From: a virus
Direction: 5' to 3' (one strand)
Virus record (IMG/VR): IMGVR_UViG_3300032220_001630
Location: 39,136-103,135 of that record
DNA: 64,000 bases
In this document: positions 37,345-47,312 of the stretch, piece after piece
How positions within the stretch are numbered: position 1 is the stretch's first letter
How the letters are laid out: every line of letters starts with the position of its first letter
Notes under the pieces: model-generated
Seen by the model: the letters and a program-made list of their open reading frames with translations, nothing else
Told to the model about the DNA's origin: nothing
Database searches by the model: none
Program-made: the position numbers and the translations under genes

Positions 37345-40300
37345 ATGGCAACAGAAGATAGCATAGGAAGTAAGATAGATCAACTATTAGGTAAAGATTT
37401 TGAAAAATTAACTACCGATGAAATAGTTCAGACTATAATGGGGGAAAAAATAGATATCCCCTATGAGGATTTACAGTCTGAAGATGGATTCAATAAACAA
37501 CTTGAAATTGCAGACAAAGAGGTTGAAGCATTAGTTAAAGGCTTAGAACCAAAAAGTCCACCTATTCCTATGTCCAAAATAGAGGATCTCTCGTGTAAAT
37601 TTGAGGGCGATTCTCTTTATGCACAGATATTAATAGAGAGCATTAAGAAGGATAAATCTGATTTATATTTAGAACTAAAGAAATCTGGTGCCCTTGATGA
37701 AAAAACAATAACACCGGATGATCTTGGTATAAAAAGTTCTATTCCTTCATTAAAGAACGACAGAGAAATAACATCTTCTGGTATAATCAAATTTCTAGAG
37801 AATAATGATCCTTCATTTCTGGACGAAACAAACGAAAGAATTTTTGATAATTTAGACCCACTTTTGGTTGGGAAACCTTCAAACTCTGGATCTAGAAAGA
37901 AAAGAGAATTAAATATACTAGGATTTAAAATTCCTTTGGAATTTATAATGTCTGGTAAAAAAATAGTGCATGTTAAAATATCTGGACCTAAACTCAGCAA
38001 TAAGGAAGCTATAGATAAAATAAATCAAACATTAAGCGAGCAATACAAAAATAGCAAGCCGTGTGATTTTGATGGACTTGACGAAGCATCACAGGATACA
38101 GATAATGGAAATCAAGGGATCCCAGAAACTACAAGGATAGACGACTATGATTCCAATTTTTATCCTGAGGGAGATGATCCGATATTAGACCAAGATTGTG
38201 CACCAGGACTTCCCGAAGATCCTATAACAGGGGATGTCATATTAACAAAAGATGCTTTTGATGATTCTAAAGATGATTTTTGTGATCCTCCAGCTTATGA
38301 TTTTTCAGGATTAAATCCTGACGAACCTGATCCTGAAGCACCTCCAGTGGACGTGGATGCTATCCAAGCTTGTATAGATTCAGCTCTAGAAAAAGCTGAT
38401 AAGATAGACAACAATAGCAAGCTTTTAGGTAGATGGTCAATGATAGAAAAAAATCTCGAGGAGATATTGTATCACTATGAGATAATATGGGAATATCAAA
38501 GAAATTTTACTGAAAAATTTAGGAGTAGAGTTTCATTTAATGATTCAGGTAATCCAACTTCTCCTCAGGCAATAATACAGGCACTAACCTATGATGATCA
38601 ATCTAAGGAGCTAAATCTTCAAATAACAAAATCCCAAACTCTTCTCGATAACGATAAAAATATTTTTCTTCAAAACAATCCTATTTTTACTAGCTCCCTG
38701 TTCAATCTCACAGTTTTAGATTTAGAAGATATAAGTAATTACACACAACAGGAGGGATATAGTTTTATTCAAGATTATATTGATTCTGGGAATTCGATAA
38801 TACAATATGATGATGCGAAAAAGGATTGGCCAATTTCGGATGGTTATACTGAACTTGTCAATAATATACCAGACATAAGAGAGATTATAATTAAGGGAAA
38901 TTTTTTAGATGCTCTAAAAGAACAAAGACAAGAGGTTATTAATCAGAGAAAAACCAATCTAGATTTCTTATCCGATCAAAAAGGTCAAATTGTTACAATA
39001 GATAATATAGATCAGGTTATATCCTCTGCCGTTTACGGACAGGAAATAACCAATGATTCATTTAGAAGAGTATTTGAAAACATATATTCGCCTGGTGGAT
39101 ATGATTCTTATGGATACGATTTTATAAATTCATTAAAGAAATTCTCTGTTAGATTTAAAAATACTTCAGTTGATTCTTCAGATAGCGAATTAAAATTTGA
39201 GGTTTCTTTTATGGATAATTTTGGCCTTCCACTTCCATATAAGAGCACTAAGAAGCCAGGAAAAATATCAATGAAGGGATCTTCTTCAGAGCCTTTAAAA
39301 GAAGTTTCTGAACCTGATACTGAAAAGATAAAGATAGGTAACGAATTTGCAAACAATGGCGGATTGCTATCCAGTTATCCCAAGGACATTTTTAAAAGTT
39401 CTAGCTTTCTAAAGGTGAACAATCTAAAAGATGGACAGACTGATGTCGGAAAATTTTATGATTTCATAGAGAAGATAATTAAAACAAATGATAGTAAAAC
39501 ATCTATCATAAATTATATAAAAACAGAAAGAGGAATTTTATATGGTGAGTTAATTGAAAAATCTGGATCTAACTGGCTATTTTTTAATCCTGAAGAAAGA
39601 GGTGATAATGATGCTAGAGATCCTTCTAAATTAAGGCCATCTAGTTTTACTACCGACGGAGAGCCAAATGAAATCTTCTCAGATTTTTACGGTAACTTCA
39701 AACCTAAATGGGATACCAAATATCAGCAGAATAAATCTTCTTATATAGAACCAGAGATAGCATCTTTAAAAGCTAAAGCATTAAAAGCTGCAGAAGGAGC
39801 TGCAGCCACCGCGAATATTTCAGATTTTATTGCCCTTAGAATTTATAGAAACTATTTTGATATAAAATCGAAGATGGATCAAATAGAAGAAATTCTTCTA
39901 TTTGCTGCACAGAAAAGACAGGAGATACAAGATGGGCTTAGTCCTGAAGCTTTAGAAAAAGAATTCTCTGATATTAAATGTGCTGGAGCTTCCAACGGAG
40001 CAGCTGAACCAGGAGGTAATGACCCAGAAAATTGTCCACCTCCTTGCTGTGGTCCTGCAGGATCAGATTTTAAATCTGGTGGAAATTATTTATTATCTTC
40101 CCCACCAAGTTCAGATTGTCCTACTATATTTCAAAGATGTTGGTGGAAACAATTTTGTAAAGATGTTACTAAGGTTGGACTTCTTCCCTACCCTAACGGA
40201 TTACCCCCGATAGAAAATACTTCCTATTTTTTATCTGCTGGTCCATCAGTTAGACTTGGATTAAAATACTGGCCAGTTGGCTACCTTCCTCCTGCTTTTA

Positions 40301-42468
40301 TACCTATCCCTATACCTAATCCGGTAGACGGTCTTCCTTATATAAGAATACCTCTCCCTATGATATGGACAATTATACCACCTATAGTTATTCCTTTACC
40401 TTTTAATCTAGGAATATTGGTAATCTTTATACCCTTGATAGGTGGATTTATGCCTACACCTCTTGTTTATTTAAAAGAGTTTATCACTGGTAGTTCTTTA
40501 TTTTTAACAGGAATAAGAGGTCCAAGATTTATTCCGAGAAAATCTGATCCGACTTTAAAAGATCCTCTTGAGAAAATTAAACAAGCACTATCTTTTGGAA
40601 TTCCTGATAAGCTTATACCTCTTCCAGGATTTGGTAATGATAATCTAGATTCTCCTATGAGAATCATAACTGATATTCAAAGTAACTTTACTAAGATACT
40701 GGATAGCATACCCCCTCCTGGTGATATAGAGGAATTAAGAGATGTGCAACAAAAAGAGCTGGAAGTAAAAAATAGAATACTTTCGAAAAAGAAAGAATAT
40801 GAAAAAAAGGCTGCATTATTAGATGATCCTGCTCCTAATTTTGATCAAGATAAAGTTGAATTAGATCTTTTACTAAACGAAAGAAAAAACGCTTTAAAAC
40901 AAGTTATAAAGGACTATTTAGATAAAGGTATACCTAATCCTAAGTCTATCTATTTTCCGAAGGATAAGGACAAATTAAAGATCGATATACCGGGTATAGT
41001 AAAGTCATTGAGAATACTAAAAGAGCTTAAAGCTAGTTTTGTTCCAATAACATGTGGCTCTGATATTAATTTTAAGGATGAGATAAGAGAAGTTTTAAAG
41101 CTTGTAAAAATACCAACTCCCCCTAAATACATTTTAGAAAATTTAGATGTTTCTAATCCTAATAAGATATTTTTAAGAATTGATAAAGATCCTAGAACTA
41201 TGAGTGAGGATGAGTTCGAGGACCTTGTTAAGGGGATAAAAGCAACATCCTTAATTATAACACATATCTTACTGAGAGGTAATAAATTTTCTGTTGTTAA
41301 GAAGATTAGAAAAGGTGCATTTTCCATTATTGATGGATGCGATTACCAAGGACAGTTTGCATTTCCTCCAGTAAAGATAACTAATGCAGCTCCTACACCT
41401 CTTAAATTCTTGAAGATTCCTAATCCGATTCTTACTGCTATGTACTTAAGAATAATGGAGGGAATGGCTAAAGCTGATTATACGACAGAAGATTTTTCTA
41501 GATATGTTAGATATGATGGTGAAAATCCATTACTTGTTATAAGGGTTAAGGATCTTAAAAAATTAATATCTAAGAAATTGGGATTAAGTAGAAGAGGCCC
41601 TTTTGATCCAGAAAGACCTTTAGACAGAGAAGAACCTTTAATATCTAAGTTTCCACATCCTGAAGGTCCTTTATGTTGTCTTGAATCACTAAATGGTAGT
41701 TTTGGTAATGCTATTTCTGCTTTTGAAATGCCAACAGTTTTTCCACCAAAATCAGATCAGATAACTCAGACACAAGGTGTTGGTGGTATTATACAAATTA
41801 CTATCCCTGGAGCAGTAATAAAATCTTTTGCTGTAAATGTTATAACCAAATCTCTGGACGCTTTAATTGATCAGCTTTTTCCTGAGATCAACGATATAAA
41901 TTCTCCGAAATTTACAAATCTTCAGCCTCAGGATATACAGAAGATGGTAAGGAATATGATAAGAGAGAATTTCAATCCAGATTCTCCAAACATACCTGAA
42001 TTTTTAAATATTGCAAAAATCCCAATTATTCCTCCCGCAAGACCTACTGACATCATCGAGCAAGCCATAATTGGTATGGGTGCACCACCGCCTGCTAGAA
42101 TAGTCTATTCACTATTCTGGAAATATTTTAAAGGAGTTCCAAAAACTCCTTTATTGGAAAGTATAGTTAGACCTGCTATAGATCTATCTGGAAAGATATT
42201 GCCTAAAATTCCTTGGCCTTTGACAGTTCTTCTAGGAAGAAACGTTGTTAACCTTATTAACCCAATAATTATGTCTGATGACCATCCTTCTTGGAGAAGA
42301 ATGAGTTTGAAAAACACGTATTATGTAATCTATATAGATGAATTTTTAAGGAGTGCAGCAGATGTTTCTGGTCTTTTTAAATTCTTTCTAGGATCTGCAG
42401 ATCCTGTGTATCCTATACCAGAACTCCCATCTGAATTACAAAAAGCGTTTAATGTAAAAAAATATTAA
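37345..42468 (+). CDS. Very large (~1707 aa) hypothetical virion protein
   Basis: Single long ORF; ATG 37345 preferred because it lies 1 nt after the gp5 stop. Has acidic, coiled-coil, Cys-cluster and Pro/hydrophobic segments. Confidence 0.8.
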   Translation: MATEDSIGSKIDQLLGKDFEKLTTDEIVQTIMGEKIDIPYEDLQSEDGFNKQLEIADKEVEALVKGLEPKSPPIPMSKIEDLSCKFEGDSLYAQILIESIKKDKSDLYLELKKSGALDEKTITPDDLGIKSSIPSLKNDREITSSGIIKFLENNDPSFLDETNERIFDNLDPLLVGKPSNSGSRKKRELNILGFKIPLEFIMSGKKIVHVKISGPKLSNKEAIDKINQTLSEQYKNSKPCDFDGLDEASQDTDNGNQGIPETTRIDDYDSNFYPEGDDPILDQDCAPGLPEDPITGDVILTKDAFDDSKDDFCDPPAYDFSGLNPDEPDPEAPPVDVDAIQACIDSALEKADKIDNNSKLLGRWSMIEKNLEEILYHYEIIWEYQRNFTEKFRSRVSFNDSGNPTSPQAIIQALTYDDQSKELNLQITKSQTLLDNDKNIFLQNNPIFTSSLFNLTVLDLEDISNYTQQEGYSFIQDYIDSGNSIIQYDDAKKDWPISDGYTELVNNIPDIREIIIKGNFLDALKEQRQEVINQRKTNLDFLSDQKGQIVTIDNIDQVISSAVYGQEITNDSFRRVFENIYSPGGYDSYGYDFINSLKKFSVRFKNTSVDSSDSELKFEVSFMDNFGLPLPYKSTKKPGKISMKGSSSEPLKEVSEPDTEKIKIGNEFANNGGLLSSYPKDIFKSSSFLKVNNLKDGQTDVGKFYDFIEKIIKTNDSKTSIINYIKTERGILYGELIEKSGSNWLFFNPEERGDNDARDPSKLRPSSFTTDGEPNEIFSDFYGNFKPKWDTKYQQNKSSYIEPEIASLKAKALKAAEGAAATANISDFIALRIYRNYFDIKSKMDQIEEILLFAAQKRQEIQDGLSPEALEKEFSDIKCAGASNGAAEPGGNDPENCPPPCCGPAGSDFKSGGNYLLSSPPSSDCPTIFQRCWWKQFCKDVTKVGLLPYPNGLPPIENTSYFLSAGPSVRLGLKYWPVGYLPPAFIPIPIPNPVDGLPYIRIPLPMIWTIIPPIVIPLPFNLGILVIFIPLIGGFMPTPLVYLKEFITGSSLFLTGIRGPRFIPRKSDPTLKDPLEKIKQALSFGIPDKLIPLPGFGNDNLDSPMRIITDIQSNFTKILDSIPPPGDIEELRDVQQKELEVKNRILSKKKEYEKKAALLDDPAPNFDQDKVELDLLLNERKNALKQVIKDYLDKGIPNPKSIYFPKDKDKLKIDIPGIVKSLRILKELKASFVPITCGSDINFKDEIREVLKLVKIPTPPKYILENLDVSNPNKIFLRIDKDPRTMSEDEFEDLVKGIKATSLIITHILLRGNKFSVVKKIRKGAFSIIDGCDYQGQFAFPPVKITNAAPTPLKFLKIPNPILTAMYLRIMEGMAKADYTTEDFSRYVRYDGENPLLVIRVKDLKKLISKKLGLSRRGPFDPERPLDREEPLISKFPHPEGPLCCLESLNGSFGNAISAFEMPTVFPPKSDQITQTQGVGGIIQITIPGAVIKSFAVNVITKSLDALIDQLFPEINDINSPKFTNLQPQDIQKMVRNMIRENFNPDSPNIPEFLNIAKIPIIPPARPTDIIEQAIIGMGAPPPARIVYSLFWKYFKGVPKTPLLESIVRPAIDLSGKILPKIPWPLTVLLGRNVVNLINPIIMSDDHPSWRRMSLKNTYYVIYIDEFLRSAADVSGLFKFFLGSADPVYPIPELPSELQKAFNVKKY

Positions 42469-42475
42469 AAAAATG

Positions 42476-42504
42476 GAAATCTTTTTATCCTTCCACACTA
42501 AAAA
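42476..42504 (+). promoter_or_regulatory. Class II promoter-like motif before the S1 gene
   Basis: GAAAT-N18-TAAAAA followed by an A-rich leader. Confidence 0.45.
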
Positions 42505-42528
42505 CAATAATACAAACTAAAGAAGTAA

Positions 42529-43644
42529 ATGAAAAGAAAAAATTATACTTGCTTCGAATATGAGGCGGGAGAAAGGGAAATACTAGAAAAGAAATATTCT
42601 CAGTATTTTCCTGCGGATCTTCCAAATGATTTTAGTGGAAAAGACTTGACACAGAATTCTTCAGCTAGAGTTATAATTACTCAATTTGATAGCAACTCAG
42701 GAGTTGCAGTAGGAGAAACAATGTTTGGTCAATCTGTCATAATAGATACAAACAAAGAAGAGAAGAGCTTAAGAAAACTTGGATACCCTTCAATCGGTAT
42801 GGAAGCAGGCCAAGTATTAGATGTCGTAATTTATAAAGATCCCTCAGGGACTTTTAACGGATCAGTATCTGCAGGATACGAAAAAGCTCTAAAACAAGAA
42901 TTACATAAATCTATCGTAAAAGAAGATTGCGCATATAGAATAAAAGTTAAATCTGTATGTAATGGAGGTTTCATGGTGGATCTTTCAGGAATAGAATGTT
43001 TTCTTCCTGGTAGTTTAGCAGCTGCTAACAGAATCATGAATTTTGCAGACTATGTAGGGAAAGAACTACACGTAATGATTGAGGTATACGACCAAAGAAG
43101 GGATATATTTGTCGTATCTTTCAAAAAATATCTAAAGAAGATCATAGACTCTGAAGTACAGAATCTTTCTTTCTCTAATAAATATGAGGGAATAGTTACT
43201 GGGTCTTCAAGTACTGGTGTTTTTGTTGAATGGGATGAAATCTTTACTGGTATCGTTCCTTTTGAAGATTCAACAAAAGAATCATTGGATAAATTAAAAC
43301 CAGGAGATTCTTTAAGTTTCTATGTTGTAGATATTAAGAATCCACAAAGAGTAGTTCTTTCTATCACAGAACCAAATGGAAAACTTAAGAATATCCAGGA
43401 ATTGAAAGATTCATCTGAGGATGTTTTAGGAGAAAATTCTGATCTCAAAGTTTATAAAGCAGAAATCTCTAAAGTGAAAACTTTTGGTGTATTTGTTAAA
43501 TTAGAGAACGGACTAACAGGTCTAATAGAAAAAGAAAGATTAGCAAATTCGATTAAAGAATATGAAATCGGACAATTAATAGATTGCTCGGTTTTAAGCG
43601 TTGATCTATCAAATCTTAAGGTTCAGTTAGTAGAAGTAGAATAA
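42529..43644 (+). CDS. rpsA: Ribosomal protein S1 homologue (3-4 S1 domains)
   Basis: NGGFMVDLSGIECFLPGSL, VGKELHVMI, VVSFKK, YEGIVTG..STGVFVE, KVKTFGVFVKLENGLTGLI. Confidence 0.8.
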   Translation: MKRKNYTCFEYEAGEREILEKKYSQYFPADLPNDFSGKDLTQNSSARVIITQFDSNSGVAVGETMFGQSVIIDTNKEEKSLRKLGYPSIGMEAGQVLDVVIYKDPSGTFNGSVSAGYEKALKQELHKSIVKEDCAYRIKVKSVCNGGFMVDLSGIECFLPGSLAAANRIMNFADYVGKELHVMIEVYDQRRDIFVVSFKKYLKKIIDSEVQNLSFSNKYEGIVTGSSSTGVFVEWDEIFTGIVPFEDSTKESLDKLKPGDSLSFYVVDIKNPQRVVLSITEPNGKLKNIQELKDSSEDVLGENSDLKVYKAEISKVKTFGVFVKLENGLTGLIEKERLANSIKEYEIGQLIDCSVLSVDLSNLKVQLVEVE

Positions 43645-43664
43645 ACCCTGTTTTTATATTTGAG

Positions 43665-43697
43665 AAAGAGCTTTACCTTACGTAAAGCTCTTTTTTT
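43665..43697 (+). terminator. Rho-independent terminator after the S1 gene
   Basis: 12-bp stem AAAGAGCTTTAC-cttac-GTAAAGCTCTTT followed by a T-run. Confidence 0.88.
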
Positions 43698-43732
43698 GTA
43701 AGTCTCCTTATAAATTTTATATTTCTTCTCGT

Positions 43733-43741
43733 GAATATATA
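43733..43741 (+). promoter_or_regulatory. Class I motif
   Basis: GAATATATA-gtgt-ATG(43746). Confidence 0.65.
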
Positions 43742-43745
43742 GTGT

Positions 43746-45185
43746 ATGAATTTAAGTAGTATAGATTTTTTTTATTCTGCCAAAATAGGTTTCGAGTTTG
43801 AGTTCTATAGCAACTTGAATAGGAACGAGATAGTTGAAAATTTAAGAAAGTCCATAGGTAAAAAAATCCTACTTTTTAATAAGTACCATTCTAATTTTAA
43901 ACCAACCAAGGATATTTTTAAGTTGGAGCCGGATTATTCTGGCGGATCTAAAATGGTAGAGTTAATTACGGGACCACTCCCTTATTTTGAAGCCATTCCT
44001 TTATTGATAAGAATACTCAAATGGATAGACGTAAATGGGTACACTGATAAAAGATGTGCTTTCCAATTTGGGATTAGTATAGACACTTCGATATTTCCGG
44101 AGGTTCCTCCTGTTAGCAAGCTTAACATGCTGAAATTTATTCTTGGATTCGATGAGAATGTCATTTATAAAAGATTTCCAGAGAGAGCAAATTCCCTTTA
44201 TGCTAAGTCAATAAAAAGAGTTACTCCTACTAATAAATTTGTAGATCCCTCTAATATTTCTTTCATAGACAAGAATCTGTTCAATGTACCGGTTGAAAAA
44301 AATATGGGGATAAACTTCCTTAAACTTCCCGAGGGATATTTTGAAGTTAGATATTTAGGAGGAAACGATTATCAGAAAAAATACACTTCTATAAAAGAGG
44401 TGATAGATTACATTATTACCTATACCTTCCAGGTATTACAGACCAATGATCTTTTTACAGATAACGATCTTAAGATCCTTAAGATGTTTCTTTCAGAGAT
44501 TTATAAGAACGCATCAACTTTCATAGATCCTGAATCATTCCAAAAAAATTATCCTCATATGAATATTATGGTGGATTTAAGATCTGACCCACAGATTTTA
44601 AGAACTTTCTTCCTTAGTATAAGAGAAGTTCTTTATGATCTAATAGTTGAGAATAACATAAAGGAAGGATTGGTTAATTACGACAGCAACTTAGGAAAAT
44701 ACCAACTTAAGGAAATAAAAACTTCTAAAGCTTACCTATTAAAAGACTATGATATTCTCGAAAGTGAAGTATCTGGTAACCTTTTGAATTGTAGAATTTT
44801 TTCCACTAAGATATCTGATAGTACGCTAGAAGACTGTGATTTAATTAACAGTAACGAAGTTTATAGGTCTAAGCTAATGTATAGTGATATAATGTTCAGT
44901 AACGTTATACACGACAGCTATATTGACAATAAGACGAAGGAAATAAACTGTGAGGTTTTTGGAGGAATAATAAGATCTGGATTTATTGGGCAGCTTGCTA
45001 CAATATCTCCAGAAACTGAAATAGTTAATGATGCAGAGGACGATAAGAAAATGAAGGGGTCTTCTAAGAAAAGATTATTCCCGAATAGAAATGATTCTCA
45101 GGATTCTCCACTTCAAACTATTTTTAAAGACAACAATACTAAGCCATCTGGGATACCAGGGGTAAGATTCAATCAAAGCAACTAA
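43746..45185 (+). CDS. Amidoligase_2-like (COOH-NH2 ligase) protein with C-terminal beta-helix-like repeats
   Basis: IGFEFEF, LEPDYSGG, VELITGPL, GYTDKRC, GINF, FEVRYLGG, followed by short I/L-x-x-S/C repeats. Confidence 0.65.
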   Translation: MNLSSIDFFYSAKIGFEFEFYSNLNRNEIVENLRKSIGKKILLFNKYHSNFKPTKDIFKLEPDYSGGSKMVELITGPLPYFEAIPLLIRILKWIDVNGYTDKRCAFQFGISIDTSIFPEVPPVSKLNMLKFILGFDENVIYKRFPERANSLYAKSIKRVTPTNKFVDPSNISFIDKNLFNVPVEKNMGINFLKLPEGYFEVRYLGGNDYQKKYTSIKEVIDYIITYTFQVLQTNDLFTDNDLKILKMFLSEIYKNASTFIDPESFQKNYPHMNIMVDLRSDPQILRTFFLSIREVLYDLIVENNIKEGLVNYDSNLGKYQLKEIKTSKAYLLKDYDILESEVSGNLLNCRIFSTKISDSTLEDCDLINSNEVYRSKLMYSDIMFSNVIHDSYIDNKTKEINCEVFGGIIRSGFIGQLATISPETEIVNDAEDDKKMKGSSKKRLFPNRNDSQDSPLQTIFKDNNTKPSGIPGVRFNQSN

Positions 45186-45186
45186 T

Positions 45187-45966
45187 ATGACCGAAGCAGA
45201 TTTAATCCAAGAAATAAAAGACGAGATTTCACACTCTTGTGCTTTACCTTACAATCTTAACGATCAAGAGATTAAAAGGATCATAAAAAGAGCTAGAGCT
45301 TATTTTTATGATAACTATCAGTACGCTGTAGAGGATAGAATATTTGTTTTAGGAAAAGACCTATTTTCTGCTGCTGCATTTAGAGCAACTAGACAGATAC
45401 AACTTCCATCTTGTGTAGTTTCTGTGTATGACGTTAGAGAGGTTAACGGTTCTGGTCTTACAGGAACACCAGATAAAGATTTTGGGGATTCTAAACTTCT
45501 TGGTTCTGAACTTATGCTTTCACCCTTTGTTGGGGATAACTTAGTTTACAGAACAGTCTTATATTCTTTTTTCGATCTTGCTAAGGCATACCTTTTAGAA
45601 AGCTACGCTTTTAATTTTAATAAAAATACTAAAAAACTTACCATCAACGGTAGAGATCCTGCAAGAACAAATACGACTATGGGTGGAGCTGATACAACTT
45701 TGTATTCTGGCGTTGATGTAGGGGTTAGAGCTTATATAGCAATCCCTGATGAAAGCCTATATGATGATGAACTATTTGTGAGATATTGTCTTGCAGAGGC
45801 AAAGATCAATATAGGTAGGCTGTTAGGAACATTCGAGTATAATCTACCTGGAGGAGTGAGAGTTAACTACAATAACATCCAATCTTTAGGAACGTCTGAG
45901 AAGACAGAAATACTACAGATGATCAAAGACGAGAACACTCCAAGTTATTTTTTGCAGTGGAATTGA
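45187..45966 (+). CDS. Neck/head-completion protein, T4 gp13-like
   Basis: FVRYCLAEAKINIGRLLGTFEYNLPGGVRVNY at the C-terminus; RARAYFYDNY at the N-terminus. Confidence 0.75.
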   Translation: MTEADLIQEIKDEISHSCALPYNLNDQEIKRIIKRARAYFYDNYQYAVEDRIFVLGKDLFSAAAFRATRQIQLPSCVVSVYDVREVNGSGLTGTPDKDFGDSKLLGSELMLSPFVGDNLVYRTVLYSFFDLAKAYLLESYAFNFNKNTKKLTINGRDPARTNTTMGGADTTLYSGVDVGVRAYIAIPDESLYDDELFVRYCLAEAKINIGRLLGTFEYNLPGGVRVNYNNIQSLGTSEKTEILQMIKDENTPSYFLQWN

Positions 45967-46113
45967 AATAAACACAGGTTTTGGATATTTAATACTAAAA
46001 ATATCCAATGTGTATATTACAAAAAATTGAAGAGTGGAGATCTAAGACAGGACAGCAAAGGAGAAAGAATCACAAAATAACAGGCCGTTCTTTTTTCTTT
46101 GAATATATAATAA

Positions 46114-46473
46114 ATGAGTAATTTTGTAAATTTAGGAGTCTTCAAAATATTTCCTTTGTATTTTGTTTTAAATATGGAAGAAGCAGAGGAAAAAATTAAA
46201 GAATTTGGAAATAATGCAAGATTTTTAACCTTTCCAGAGATGCTTTATTTGAATAATGAAATTAGAAATCTTTCAGTCCTTAACCTATCCGAGGGGGATT
46301 ATTGGATGAAAAACGATAAAAAAATACCGAATGTTTATTGGAATAAAGCCACAATTTTTAAGATGAAGAATAAACTTCCAGGCTGGGAAAATTATAATTA
46401 TGATTTCTGGAGTGCGACAAAGAAAGATAAATTAATAAAAAGAATTCTTATAGTTGGTAAAGATGTCAATTAA
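46114..46473 (+). CDS. Hypothetical protein
   Basis: 119-aa ORF preceded by GAATATATA-ataa-ATG. Confidence 0.7.
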   Translation: MSNFVNLGVFKIFPLYFVLNMEEAEEKIKEFGNNARFLTFPEMLYLNNEIRNLSVLNLSEGDYWMKNDKKIPNVYWNKATIFKMKNKLPGWENYNYDFWSATKKDKLIKRILIVGKDVN

Positions 46474-46517
46474 TTCTGGTTTAATTAGTTCTGATATATA
46501 GAGCAAAAAATATACCA

Positions 46518-46853
46518 ATGAATAATATAAAATTAGAAGAGGAAGTTAGATCTTCCTTTGTATTAAAAACGTATAATTCCATTTATAAACTTGTAAAATT
46601 TATCCCTTACTTTAAATGGACTGCTGGTATATTGTTCGTAATAGGATTTTTAGAAACAGTTTTTTTAGGGGAACCTGATAAATTTATCACTTGGGGAAAT
46701 GTTATTGTTTGGATTCCGGGATTATTATTTGTTTTAGCTGGTGGTTTTTTTCACTTTTTCACTGGAATAAAACTTAGAAATATGTCTAATAGATATAGAA
46801 TGGATCAATCTGAATTACAAAAAAAAGCGGATGCGATCTTAAACAATAAATAA
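46518..46853 (+). CDS. Small two-TM membrane protein
   Basis: Hydrophobic WTAGILFVIGFLETVFLG and VIVWIPGLLFVLAGGFFHFF segments. Confidence 0.75.
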   Translation: MNNIKLEEEVRSSFVLKTYNSIYKLVKFIPYFKWTAGILFVIGFLETVFLGEPDKFITWGNVIVWIPGLLFVLAGGFFHFFTGIKLRNMSNRYRMDQSELQKKADAILNNK

Positions 46854-46861
46854 ACCTAATC

Positions 46862-47218
46862 ATGCTAGATTTCATTAAAAAATTTATAGGGAAAGGAAAA
46901 TTTGAGGTTTCTTTAAACAGAAGCGATGAATATTTTTTTAAACTGAAAGCATCAAATGGAGAAACTATATTGGTCTCAGAATTCTATAAAAATAGACAAG
47001 GGTGCGATAACGGTATTCAGGCAGTTAGAGAAAATTCGTCTTTGGAGGAAAATTTTGATATAAGAATTTCTAAAGACAAAAAAAGATACTTTGTTCTTAA
47101 AGCAAAAAATGGAGAGATTATAGGTAAAAGCGAGAATTACAATTCTTTAGCTAATACCTTAAATGGAATAGAATCTGTTAAAAGATTCGGTCAAACTGAC
47201 GACGTGAAATTTGTCTAA
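46862..47218 (+). CDS. yegP: YegP/DUF1508 tandem-domain protein
   Basis: Two copies of F-x-LKA-x-NGE-x-I-x-x-SE-x-Y...NGI-x-x-V. Confidence 0.88.
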   Translation: MLDFIKKFIGKGKFEVSLNRSDEYFFKLKASNGETILVSEFYKNRQGCDNGIQAVRENSSLEENFDIRISKDKKRYFVLKAKNGEIIGKSENYNSLANTLNGIESVKRFGQTDDVKFV

Positions 47219-47312
47219 TCTATTATTTCGCTAATTTTTTCTCTTTTGACCTTAGTACTGATAAACAACTCAGAAATAACATCAGATTAATTTGCTGAAT
47301 ATATAGAGCAAG

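Noticed and set aside
46008-46121. Short ORF (about 37 aa) after the class II motif at 45965
   Set aside because: No recognisable features, and it runs through the next gene's promoter motif and start. Cannot be supported.
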